The translations under genes and the position numbers were made by a program. DNA of 64,000 nt from Flaccisagitta enflata (taxonomy: Eukaryota). Location of the stretch: contig OZ231126.1 of assembly GCA_965153355.1 (NCBI GenBank), positions 24,800,001 through 24,864,000 of the forward strand, in the 5' to 3' direction. Shown here piece by piece: positions 35,158 to 45,797 of the stretch. Position 1 is the stretch's first letter, and each line of letters starts with the position of its first letter. Below the pieces are notes generated by a model. It was not told the origin of the DNA. It ran no database searches and saw nothing but the letters and a program-made list of their open reading frames with translations.

Positions 35158-36334
35158 CTAAAATGGCGTGTCCACAACTGAAAAGTGGAAAATGAAGTCA
35201 AGATATCATTTGCATATTGCAGTCATATGATGACTGCTCCATTGAAATTTTGATAGATCGTCATTTAGTAATTTGAGTAAAAGAATATGACTTAAACTAA
35301 ATTTTTGTTTTATATAGATAAAAAGAGAAAACTCTCTAGACGTTTTAGAGTAATCAACATCTTTTTGTGTTCCACGTAGCTTACCTTGGATCAGATTTAT
35401 TTGGATAAAAAAAAAACTAAAAAATCTACGTCCTTGGCTTCAGCACTTCGAGCTATGAATAACTAGCAGGCCCAGCGGCAATGTTGGTTACAAGCAATGG
35501 CGGCTGCTGTGAAGATAGGACAGCAAGAGAGACAGAGAGAGAGAGAGAAAGAAAGAAAGAGATAAAGAGGTATGTTTATTCTTTCTTTTTTCTGCGCTTT
35601 CTTTCTATAGTTATTTCTTTCATTGTTCATTGTTTTTTCTCCCTTTGCTCTTCTTTCCTCACTCCTCTCTTCTTCTCCGTCTTCTTCCTCTTCTTTTTCT
35701 TTTTTTTCCTCTTCTACTGTAAGTTGCCTCTGTCCTGTCGAGTAGCGGCGCTACCCGCTTCCCCAAAATCTACATGCATGTCCTCTACGTTTGAACCAGT
35801 TTCAAGGGCAATATGTGGTCAGCGATACCCATTGCCCTGCTGTGTATGTTGGTGATTGTAGGTGATGGGTACCATTTCCGCCCCTGCCCACCCGTCCGCA
35901 ACTGATGGCCGTGTATCCGGCCTTGTTTTCTCTCTTTCTCTCTGTCTTTCTTTCTTTCCTTTTTCTTTTTTCACCTTTTTTCTCAATCAAATTATAGCTT
36001 TACAAGTTTTTCTTGAGACTCGAGATATTTTTTCTTCATGTGCACGAAATCACCTTCTAGACTTTATGTCTGTCCATGGGTATGTCTGTCCCTCCGGCTG
36101 CCATTTTTGAGCGAGCATGATCAATTTTGAGCTGTTTTCCTCCCAATCGCCGCTAAACTGAGCCGAGGGACTCCCGAACTCCCTAATCTTCGGCTCCAAG
36201 GTGCTCCAACTCTCCCAGATCTCTCCTTTTCCCACGAATTCATGAGGAAGTCAGGAAGAGGAGAGAAACCATCGCTTCGCTCGTTCGCTCATTGCGCGCG
36301 AACGAGCGAGTGGCTCTCGCCGCAGTGCAATTAA

Positions 36335-36961
<627 letters not shown>

Positions 36962-37079
36962 TTTTTGGGCAGCGGCCCCAAAGGGCTGATGTCCTGTAGG
37001 ACACAGGGGCTGAAAATTATGTACGTCCTTCCGTCCTTACATACCCCCCCCTCTGAAGCTTCTCAAGCCTCTCAGGACT

Positions 37080-37104
37080 GATTTGATTTTGATTTTGATT
37101 TTGA
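37080..37104 (-). repeat. 3' tandem-repeat tail of the LINE, (TCAAAA)n
   Basis: Plus strand gatttgattttgattttgattttga directly abuts the left TSD. Confidence 0.85.
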
Positions 37105-37640
37105 ACTTTTAATTGCAATATGAGAAGCAGTATCCAATAAAGATGCAATATCAAGTACAAAGCCGTTCTAAACAAACACTGGATTCTAAGTCTGAGTATA
37201 CGACAGAACCGGCTAGGAGCGTTGCCGAAGACGAGGACATACAAGTGCCGAAGCCATATCAGAGACATATGGTCATGCCCGTATACAAGTTAAAGATACA
37301 ACCGGAGTTAGACAACTACATCCTACGTCTTTGCGTAGCGCGGATCGGCTGCGAAAATTATAATTGAAAAAAGGGGGAGGGAACACGGAGATGGGAGGAA
37401 AACAAAGTTCGCAGTTACCGGGTGGTGAGCTTTCGCACCTCAAAATAAACATAGGAATGAGTAAAGTCAATCACAGGGACAATTTGTTTTCGGCGGTTTT
37501 CTTTCTTCGCCTGTTTATCACAGCTAAACCTACTGCCGCCATGGCTTACGCGTTATGAGGTAGTGTCAAAATTAATATGTCTTCTCTCGTGGTTTGTCGA
37601 CGATACAGTTGATCGGGTGCAAGTTTGGCATCCCACATAA

Positions 37641-39224
37641 TCAATCATCTGATTCTTCTTCGTCGGAGTTATCACGGTCGCGTTTCGGATCGCTGTTTTC
37701 CTTTTCTCGTGTGTTCCCTTTGGCGGGCTTCTTTCCACGTGGGACGCTGAGCGGGGCGTTGTCCAGCTCTTCCTCGGTCATATCCCTGTAGACGATTTGG
37801 CGATTTTCTCCTTCGCCGAATTCCCAGACCATCGTTCCTCGTGAAGCATTCGCACCCGTGACGCGGTCTGCCGCGCTGCTGTGATAGGCGCAGCATCCGA
37901 ACGTCAGGACGCTCGCCACTGACGCGTCCGGGCCCAGGGCGCCGCCTTTTTGGACGAGGGCGGCGAGCGGATGCAGCTGGAGACCCGATCTTTTCTTCTT
38001 CTTAGGCTCATCCATCTTCTTATGAGCTTTGATGGAGGAGGCTCTTGCCGCGTCGATCTCGCGGTTCAGTGCTTCGGCGCTGGAGTGCAGCTCGTTGATT
38101 TGGCGTCTCATCTTTACCGTACCTTGGCGAGCTTCCTCGAGGAGAACTTCTTCGGCGCTGTCTCCTATCGAGCTAAGAGCATCGGGGTTGCTCGCGACGA
38201 CTCTTCGCTGGGGCGGCGGTGAAGGAGACGACGACGTCGCTTGTTCGAGCGGGACGTATCTGCTTTCCCCACGTGGATCGGCTGGTGATAATGGGAGTGG
38301 AGTCGCAGTCTTTCTTGCAGTCCTCTTCACCTCCGGCGCTTTGAGGGCTTTTTGGATGATTCCAGCAGCTGCCTCTCTCTTGCTTCTGTGTTTGAGGTCC
38401 GCAGTTAACGCGGCACTAGCGGCTTTGACCTTGCTAGACGGCGGGGCATGTCCGGCGGTTGGTGACCGGATGTGGGAGAGAAGAACGCAGTCGTCATCTG
38501 CGTTTGCGTTCTCTTCTTCCCCCTCATCTTCTTCTGGGCTGATCTCCTCCAGTTGACTGGGAGGAGAAGGAGGCGGCGGCGGGCGGGCGGCGTCTGGGTG
38601 ATTGCGGAATTCCATTCTCTCCGCTCTAACTCGCTCTGCTCTTCTCCATGCTTCCCAGTCGCTGACGATCCATCCGACGGGCTTCTTGGAGAGATCTTGT
38701 ATCTTGGAGAGTTCAAGACGTCTTTTCTTTAGGAACGCTTTCCAGGCTTCGTCGTCCTGCTTTTGTTCCTCCTGATCCCGGTCAAACGGATCTTCGGGAT
38801 CAGGAGCTTGCTCGTCCTCGTCGATCCCTCTACGACTGGCGGTGCGCCTCGATTGGTCGGCACGATCCTGACGGGAGGTATCTGGAGACCGATCTGATCC
38901 ACGAATAGAGCCGCGGGGTTCCACTCGGGTCTCGGCGCGCGTGTGGCGTCGATCGACACGAGGCTCGTTGCGATTGTCAGCGCGAGTGTTCTCACGCTGG
39001 TCGGTACGAGATTCGGCGCTGCGTGGTTGGCGTTCAGGAGATCCGGCCGGAGTGTTGTGGCCAGCGGCGCGTCGGCTGCTTCGGCGTCTCGAACTATCGC
39101 GTGACGGCGGCAACGATGGAGCGGTCGCGCCTTCCTCTTCGTTGGCGTCAGTGCGGCAACTTCCTCGCTCTCGATCGCCTTCGGCGTCCGCCTCCCGATT
39201 CTCTCTGTTCGGACGTTTTGCCAT
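37641..39224 (-). CDS. LINE ORF3, protein of unknown function (527 aa from ATG 39224; frame open up to ATG 39587, 648 aa)
   Basis: Long stop-free, non-microsatellite, GC-rich frame inside the TSD-bounded element, on the same strand as ORF1/ORF2. R/E/S/P-rich, with NLS-like KKRR and PKKKKR and a coiled-coil-like segment. Confidence 0.8.
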   Translation of the reverse strand: MAKRPNRENREADAEGDRERGSCRTDANEEEGATAPSLPPSRDSSRRRSSRRAAGHNTPAGSPERQPRSAESRTDQRENTRADNRNEPRVDRRHTRAETRVEPRGSIRGSDRSPDTSRQDRADQSRRTASRRGIDEDEQAPDPEDPFDRDQEEQKQDDEAWKAFLKKRRLELSKIQDLSKKPVGWIVSDWEAWRRAERVRAERMEFRNHPDAARPPPPPSPPSQLEEISPEEDEGEEENANADDDCVLLSHIRSPTAGHAPPSSKVKAASAALTADLKHRSKREAAAGIIQKALKAPEVKRTARKTATPLPLSPADPRGESRYVPLEQATSSSPSPPPQRRVVASNPDALSSIGDSAEEVLLEEARQGTVKMRRQINELHSSAEALNREIDAARASSIKAHKKMDEPKKKKRSGLQLHPLAALVQKGGALGPDASVASVLTFGCCAYHSSAADRVTGANASRGTMVWEFGEGENRQIVYRDMTEEELDNAPLSVPRGKKPAKGNTREKENSDPKRDRDNSDEEESDD

Positions 39225-39493
39225 CTGGGGGGAGCAAAGTGGATATGGATTGGTTTTATAGAAGTGAGAAGACCTGCGAGTACCTGCAGCATTCCATGGG
39301 TTATTTGAATATATAAACGAAGAACCAAACAAAGAAGAGTATGGATTGTTAAATATGAATGTCACCATGTTGTCACTGGTACACATGCTGTACTGGAGGA
39401 ATCTTACAGCTTTATCGATAATGAAACCGATATCAACCCCACAGATCTTTGGGTATCTTTCTCTCAGGATAGCTTTGGCTGCCCAAGCACAAA

Positions 39494-42442
39494 TTAGGAT
39501 AAAGTTGTTGGCCTGTGTAAAGAACATAGTTTGTGAGTAGATGGTCGTGGCAGTGGTTTCGTCATGCCGTCTGGAGTGTAAGTACATATAATGCAGTTGG
39601 TATTTGTTAAGCGGTCGTCAAGTCCCGAGATGGTCGTCAATTTTTCAAAAGGACTTTTGAATTTGTTCCTATTGCTGGTCACACAGCGTGTTTGAAATTT
39701 GGTCATGTTCGGGTTGTTGTTATTCATTGCACAAAATCTGTTTGCTGCTCGAGATTGAATGATCTCCTTGAAGGAGGGGGTGTTTATTATGTTGAATACC
39801 GCGTGGTCGGGTGTTCGTCGGGGTACGTTGAGTATGCCTTTGAGCGTTCTCATTTGGCATTGGTGTATCTTATTCCAGTGGCAAGTTGCTGCATTTATCC
39901 ATGCGACTGAGCTATAATCGAATAGTGAGATGATTAAGCTGTTGACCAATTGCAAGATGAGCCCGTTGTCACGTCCGTATAGGGCAGAGGCTAATCGTCT
40001 TATTTGGATGCTGCGTGGGGTTGCTTTTTGGATGAGCTTGTTTATGTGTTTAGCCCATGTCAACCCTTGGTCGAAGGTCACGCCGAGGAAGCACACTTCT
40101 TTAACTGTTCTCAGTCGTTGGCCGAAGAGTTGTAGTGTTGTCTCGTGGTTTCTATTTAGCGTGGAGTCACTGAAGATCATTACCTCCGTTTTAATAGGGC
40201 TTGGGAGCATGCGCCACTGACTCCCCCACCTTTGGAGGGCGTCAAGGTATTTTTGGATTTCCACTTCAGCTATGCGGAGGCCTGATTTCGTTTTTAGGAA
40301 GGCCCTCCACTCGGCGTTGTCGTCGGCATAACCCGATCCATCGCTGCGAGTACAGACGACGTCCATAGTATCGGATCCAGGCACGTCAGCGATGAAATAT
40401 GTGAAGATCGGAGGGCTCGACGTGCCGCCTTGGGGGGCCGATGCGCCCAATTCCCTAACTGTCGAGAGGATGTCGCCGTCCTTTATCTGGAAAGTGCGGT
40501 TCAGAAGAAAGCTTGCTATTATTTTTATGAGCGGGAGTGGAGCTTCGTCTTTGAGGAGTTTGTAGAGGACACCGTTGTGCCATAATTTGTCGAACGCTTT
40601 TTCGAGGTCGATAAAGACGCCGATGACGTGCTGTCCCTTCTTAAAGGCATTTGATATATCGTCGGCTAGCTTTATGATCGATTCCTGTGCACTTCTGCCT
40701 TTGGCGAATCCACATTGGCGAGCGCGTCTTTTGTTTTTTTCGTCTAGGAATCTGTTGAAGGATTTTAGGTATATTTTTTCGAGGATTTTCCCCATTGTGG
40801 CGCAGAGTGAAATGGGGCGATAATTACCACTTTTTGTCGAATCTTTTCCTGGTTTCGGGATCATTGTAACCCAACTGAGCTTCCAGGATTTCGGGAAGTA
40901 TGACGTCGCTACACAGGCGTTGAAGATGATCACCAGTCTTTTGATGGCAAGATTAGTAAATCGCTTAAGTAGGTAGTGATCAATACCATCGGGGCCCGCC
41001 GCCCCGGTTGGTTTAATGGCTTTGATTAAATTGGTTGTTTCCTCTTCAGTTGTCATCATGAAGGTTCTCTCATCATCGAATGCGATCTCGTCGATGTTGT
41101 TGCAGATTGTTGGTTCTCCTATGTCACAATAATCACTAGTTAGATGGTTGTCGACGGCTTCTGTGAAGGCGCTGTCGATACGGGGATCGTCGTCGAGGTT
41201 GCACGTTTGCTCGAGGCGATTGGCGTGTGTCTCTACATTTTCTTGCCGATTTTGACATTTGCTCCCGTCGTCTCGTGTTAAGGCTTTGAAGGATACACTT
41301 TTGTTGTTCCGGTTCATGATCGCATTCATTTTTTTCCACCGTTTCTTCGGACAACTTTCTTTTAATACTTCCGTTCCTTTAAGTTTGAGGTGTTGTTCTT
41401 CGTCTTTTTTGATTTGTCGCTTTATTTCATGTTCGAGGTAGTTTGATCGTTGGCGTTCAGGTGATGTGAAGTTGGCTCTGTTACGAGTGCGTTTCCTTAT
41501 TAGGCGTCGTCGTTCTGCGATTAATGCGTTGGTTTCGGCGCTGAGTACGACGCCGTCGTTTGTTCTAAGGCGTTTGGTGTGTGTCGCGTCTTTTTTTCCT
41601 TTTATGATGCACTCGGTGAAGTTCACAATTTCCTCGTCGATCATTTTAGCGTCGAAACGTTGGTCGAGTTTTATTTTACTTGGGTTCTCCAGGAGGTAGC
41701 GGTCGATGTTTTCACATAGTTGTTCGTTGTTCACTATGTCGATATACACAGGCTCATTGCGTTGGCGCATTTTTAGATGTAAGGAGATCGGGAGGTGATC
41801 ACTTCCGACGGGATCGTCGACACTGTAGCACATAAGGATTTCGTTTGCCTTTTTATTCACAAAACACATGTCGAGGACGTTGTCGTCGCCACGTTTGTTG
41901 TTGATATATGTTGGAATTTTATTTTTCACGTATGAGAAATCGTTTGATTCTGTTAGAATGCGGAGTACCTCACCATTCGTTGAGTCAAAGTTGCTTCCGA
42001 AAGAGCGTAGGCTTGAGTTGAAGTCGCCGAGTAGTATCGCTGGATTTTCCGCCCCCGCGATGTTTGTTAGGGTGGTGATTAGTGAATCATCGATTTCATC
42101 TCCGGGATGCACATATTGGGTTCCGACTATGATGTTTTTGTTTCCGATCACTATTTTACATATCATAGATTCTTTATTCCTGGTGTCGATGGGAGTAACG
42201 AAATATTTTTTTGGGATGGCCATTGCCACCCCCCCGGCGTATCTTTCACGTTGTGGGTCGTTTTTAATTATGACATTGTGGTTCTTAAGTGTCGTTTTGT
42301 CTTCGTCTTCTGCGTGGAGTCGGCAGTCGTTTATAATAAAGATATCGTTTGTACATTCTTTACAGTTTATTCTATTTACAAGTTGTGTCAATCTAGTGAA
42401 GTTACCATTGCTATTGATGGCGGTGCATCTGATGTTATCCAT
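39494..42442 (-). CDS. LINE ORF2: apurinic endonuclease-like domain + reverse transcriptase (no RNase H seen)
   Basis: APE motifs INSNG, GGVA, YVHP, LLGDFNS, PTY, LDMCF, GSDHLPI. RT motifs AAGPDGI, WK..V..IPKPGKD, NYRPISL, QCGF, FIDLEKAFD, PQGG..SP, YADD, FLGVTFD. Possible Cys/His motif at the C-terminus (CIIC...HKLC). Confidence 0.97.
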   Translation of the reverse strand: MDNIRCTAINSNGNFTRLTQLVNRINCKECTNDIFIINDCRLHAEDEDKTTLKNHNVIIKNDPQRERYAGGVAMAIPKKYFVTPIDTRNKESMICKIVIGNKNIIVGTQYVHPGDEIDDSLITTLTNIAGAENPAILLGDFNSSLRSFGSNFDSTNGEVLRILTESNDFSYVKNKIPTYINNKRGDDNVLDMCFVNKKANEILMCYSVDDPVGSDHLPISLHLKMRQRNEPVYIDIVNNEQLCENIDRYLLENPSKIKLDQRFDAKMIDEEIVNFTECIIKGKKDATHTKRLRTNDGVVLSAETNALIAERRRLIRKRTRNRANFTSPERQRSNYLEHEIKRQIKKDEEQHLKLKGTEVLKESCPKKRWKKMNAIMNRNNKSVSFKALTRDDGSKCQNRQENVETHANRLEQTCNLDDDPRIDSAFTEAVDNHLTSDYCDIGEPTICNNIDEIAFDDERTFMMTTEEETTNLIKAIKPTGAAGPDGIDHYLLKRFTNLAIKRLVIIFNACVATSYFPKSWKLSWVTMIPKPGKDSTKSGNYRPISLCATMGKILEKIYLKSFNRFLDEKNKRRARQCGFAKGRSAQESIIKLADDISNAFKKGQHVIGVFIDLEKAFDKLWHNGVLYKLLKDEAPLPLIKIIASFLLNRTFQIKDGDILSTVRELGASAPQGGTSSPPIFTYFIADVPGSDTMDVVCTRSDGSGYADDNAEWRAFLKTKSGLRIAEVEIQKYLDALQRWGSQWRMLPSPIKTEVMIFSDSTLNRNHETTLQLFGQRLRTVKEVCFLGVTFDQGLTWAKHINKLIQKATPRSIQIRRLASALYGRDNGLILQLVNSLIISLFDYSSVAWINAATCHWNKIHQCQMRTLKGILNVPRRTPDHAVFNIINTPSFKEIIQSRAANRFCAMNNNNPNMTKFQTRCVTSNRNKFKSPFEKLTTISGLDDRLTNTNCIICTYTPDGMTKPLPRPSTHKLCSLHRPTTLS

Positions 42443-45400
42443 TCTTGCTGATGTCTTCCAGGCCGCTCGCCGACATCGTCGGGATATGGACTGCCTCGGC
42501 CAAAGGATCTTGGGGGCTTTGGCTTGACGATGCTTGTGTCCACGATTCTGGGATACCGGATATGGTTTTTGTATTGATTACTAGCAGGTTGCCCATGTAA
42601 GCTATTTGGGCGTTCGATAGGTCGACTTTTTTTAGCCCCATTGCCTGACCTGTCGTTGCTTGCAGCTTCTTCAAGTCCTGCGGATCCAACTGCGGCATCA
42701 TTGGCATCGTTGGCGGTGATGACCTGCTCTCTGTATCCTTCGAGTTGCCCGTCGCTGTAACGGATGTCCTGACTTCCGAAGCAGGGACTTCTTGGCCTTC
42801 GTTGCTGACACCTGTGCGAGAATTCCCAGTCGCAGGTTGTATATAGCTAGCTTGTTTTTGGTTATCGCCTACCAACTTACTAGCTGCCAACCTGCTGCTG
42901 GAGGAGGAGTTATCTGGCACTTTGGGCGCTGTGTTGTCCTCGTCACTCGACTCTGAAGACGAGTCTTCCTCTTCATCCCCTTCTGTATCGGATTGATCTT
43001 GATTCCCCGGATTCTCGGGGTCTTTCCAGTCCCCCAACATCGACCCTGCGTCATTCGGGGCAATGTGTTGAGTAAGTTTTGATAGGAATTCTTTGAGGTT
43101 CTTATTTTGGATGTCAATTTTCCTTTCAATTGCAGTCATGCGCTTTTTCTGCCCCTTTTTTGTGGCCTCCTGCTGCTCTTGGAGGGTTTGTTGACCTTTC
43201 ACTAGTTCGCTTACAGTTTTCTCTAGTGATGCTATTCGAGAGTCAGTGTCATTTATGTACTTCTGAGCCTCTTCAGTCATTGGTCTCTGTCCGTTCCCTC
43301 TTAGCCTTGGCCACGCTGTGCCACTTCTGTTAGGGAGACTTATTTCTTCTTGTGTTGCAGGGGTTATATCTGCCCAGGATGCTGAGGTTGCTGCTGTTTC
43401 TAAGGTTACCTCGGGTTGTAGTGCCCTCCCGTCCATTTGGGATTGCGGATTTATGTTGTTACCTTTATTGTTACCTTGATTGTCTGTGGCGCCTTGCTTA
43501 CCGCCTCGCTGTTCTCTTCTCCTTTGGAGCATACTCTTCCAATTGATGTTTCTTGGGCAATCTTTTGAGTTGCTCCTATGGGCGCCTCCACATCCGGAAC
43601 ACTTGACGTCATTGGGGCATATGTTGCTTTGCCACTCGGAAGGTATGTTCGTAGCGCCTTCTGGGTACTTCTCGTGATGGCCCGTTTGTCCACATTTGCG
43701 ACAGCGTCGGTCGTAGACACATTGGGCCCCGTGATGCCCGTACCTGTGGCATTCGCGACACTGTCCCGTGCGGAAATCTCGAAAGATATCGCATGAATAT
43801 CTTCTGACGCCGATTTCGATTGTGCCTTCTGCAACGCCGCCTCCCGGGTTGATGATTTTGCGAACATTTTCTTTGCTCGTAGTTGTAATTTTCACATCGC
43901 GGGACAGGCGATTGGCGTTGGTGGGGTCAGATGCTCTGGTGACGGTGATTACTGATGTGACTTCGATGCCCATGGCTTCCAGGTATCTTTGTATAGCTTC
44001 ATTCCTAAGACTGCTGAGAACGCGGAAGAGAATCACCTCGAATGTCGGAGTATTCGGGGCGTCGAGTTGGGCGTTGATGGGCCCATGTTCAAACGTTGCC
44101 CAGGCGTTTTGGTCGAGCGCGACGTTCCTAGATCGGTCGTCGTGCATATGAAGGATGATGGAGTTCTCATTTCTTTTGTCGAAGTAGCAGGATGTGCAGC
44201 TTATACCGGATTTGAAGGAGCGGAGTTGGCGAATGAGACTTGCTCCAATGCGATGGATGCATCGTTCCATATCCGGATTGTTAATGAGATTGGGGCAGTG
44301 TACCCTCACCCGTCTGTACGATTTCGTCCTCGGATCCACTTCGTCATTTCCCTCAGATCCTCCCGGGATGCCTCCAGACAGACCGGCGTCTTGTTGGGAG
44401 CTTGCGCCGTCTATATTGTTATTATTACTTCCGGTTGGCAGACCGAGAGTTGCGACGTCATTGTCTGCGGTAGCTGGTGATGCAGACGTAGCGGTTGTCA
44501 AGGTGGCAGCGGGGGTGGAGGTGGCGTCGGTATTGGTGTCGGAGTGTGCGGCGGCGGCTGCGATCACTGCGACGGCAGCGGCAGGGGCGATTGGCATGTT
44601 GTTATTAGGAGGTGCGACAGAGACTCGCCTTGTGCTAGTCGCGTGGATCGAGAGACTTGTGTCGATGTCCATTGGTTGCAGATCGTCATCGGCGTCTTTC
44701 TCGTTAATCCTGCGCTGTGCTTCTTTGGCGCAGTCTTCGTCACTTTCCGACAGATCCCGGTCGGCTTCTCCATTTCCCGCGGCGGCCGGCGGGAGCACTA
44801 CACCATTCTTTGCTTTGGTTTTTTTCTTTCTACTTTTCCTACCGCTTTTTGTGGGAGAGTCTGGGTTGTCAGATGTTTTGTGTCTGTTTTCGTCATTTCC
44901 GTCGTCGGCCATTTTCGCGTGATCGATGTTAACTTCAACGGTAGAGGATGTGGAGCTTACCGTGTCAACTCTTTCACTCGCTGCGTGTGTTGTCGATGTT
45001 GCGGTGTCGCTCCCGAAGACGAATACCGAACCAATCTCCTCGAATGACGACACTAGTGAAGCTACTTGACCGGTTTCGGGTCTCGTTGACGACTTGGGGC
45101 GCTTGTTTTCTTCCTCCGAATTCGGGTCGCTGAGAACACGTTTATGATTTCTTTTGGCGTTTTGTTTTTCGTTATCACGGGTATTGTTAATCTCTTTATC
45201 TGCAATGGAAAGAGAAGGGGGTATGATTAGACGGTGCGTGGTTATATCACAATTTTCGTATACAACTTGATTCTCGGCACTAGCATTAGTTGGGTAATTT
45301 GGCAGCCTCCTGCCTGTGCCCCTTTTCCAATCCGCGAGTCGGTGCTTTCCGGTTTTATCTATATTTTTTTCAGATTTCGTAGATTCATCCGTAGATTTAT

Positions 45401-45797
45401 TCGACAGTGTGATGATCTTCGAGCTCAGTTCCTTTAGTTTCGATAAGTTCGATGCGATCTGATTGGCGCTTTTTGAATTCGGCGCTTTAGAAACATGGCC
45501 GCCTCCTTCGTCGTAGCTCAATTGTAGGGGTTTAAGTGTGCGTTGAACCCCGGCTTCTATTTCCGCGCGAGTTGCCGCCTGCCTGCTTCCGATCGAGCCG
45601 ATGCCGCCGATTGAACCTGGTGGCCTGCCCCGTGGTAGACTTTTGGGGCTGTTTTCTGCCGCTTTTGTCGAATTTAAGCGCGATCTTGTTCTCATGCCAC
45701 TCGAACTTTGTGGCGGCGAGTATACATTTGCGTCGACGTTTTTTCTTCGCGATGCGTTGAGTTGTTTTTGCGTTTTCTCCGCGTTTTTATTTACCAC
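42435..45797 (-). CDS. LINE ORF1, gag-like nucleic-acid-binding protein with three CCHC zinc knuckles and a C-terminal coiled coil
   Basis: 1120-codon frame. Knuckles CRECHRYGHHGAQC, CRKCGQTGH..C and CSGCGGAHRSNSKDC (~43557-43760), preceded by an RRM/pre-C2HC-like segment (FEVILFRV...). The track start is GTG; the first ATG is at 45695, so the start is uncertain. Confidence 0.9.
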   Translation of the reverse strand: MVNKNAEKTQKQLNASRRKNVDANVYSPPQSSSGMRTRSRLNSTKAAENSPKSLPRGRPPGSIGGIGSIGSRQAATRAEIEAGVQRTLKPLQLSYDEGGGHVSKAPNSKSANQIASNLSKLKELSSKIITLSNKSTDESTKSEKNIDKTGKHRLADWKRGTGRRLPNYPTNASAENQVVYENCDITTHRLIIPPSLSIADKEINNTRDNEKQNAKRNHKRVLSDPNSEEENKRPKSSTRPETGQVASLVSSFEEIGSVFVFGSDTATSTTHAASERVDTVSSTSSTVEVNIDHAKMADDGNDENRHKTSDNPDSPTKSGRKSRKKKTKAKNGVVLPPAAAGNGEADRDLSESDEDCAKEAQRRINEKDADDDLQPMDIDTSLSIHATSTRRVSVAPPNNNMPIAPAAAVAVIAAAAAHSDTNTDATSTPAATLTTATSASPATADNDVATLGLPTGSNNNNIDGASSQQDAGLSGGIPGGSEGNDEVDPRTKSYRRVRVHCPNLINNPDMERCIHRIGASLIRQLRSFKSGISCTSCYFDKRNENSIILHMHDDRSRNVALDQNAWATFEHGPINAQLDAPNTPTFEVILFRVLSSLRNEAIQRYLEAMGIEVTSVITVTRASDPTNANRLSRDVKITTTSKENVRKIINPGGGVAEGTIEIGVRRYSCDIFRDFRTGQCRECHRYGHHGAQCVYDRRCRKCGQTGHHEKYPEGATNIPSEWQSNICPNDVKCSGCGGAHRSNSKDCPRNINWKSMLQRRREQRGGKQGATDNQGNNKGNNINPQSQMDGRALQPEVTLETAATSASWADITPATQEEISLPNRSGTAWPRLRGNGQRPMTEEAQKYINDTDSRIASLEKTVSELVKGQQTLQEQQEATKKGQKKRMTAIERKIDIQNKNLKEFLSKLTQHIAPNDAGSMLGDWKDPENPGNQDQSDTEGDEEEDSSSESSDEDNTAPKVPDNSSSSSRLAASKLVGDNQKQASYIQPATGNSRTGVSNEGQEVPASEVRTSVTATGNSKDTESRSSPPTMPMMPQLDPQDLKKLQATTGQAMGLKKVDLSNAQIAYMGNLLVINTKTISGIPESWTQASSSQSPQDPLAEAVHIPTMSASGLEDISKNG

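Noticed and set aside
39494-39617. -1 ribosomal frameshift fusing ORF2 to ORF3
   Set aside because: The frames overlap in the -1 relationship, but I see no X_XXY_YYZ slippery heptamer in the overlap.
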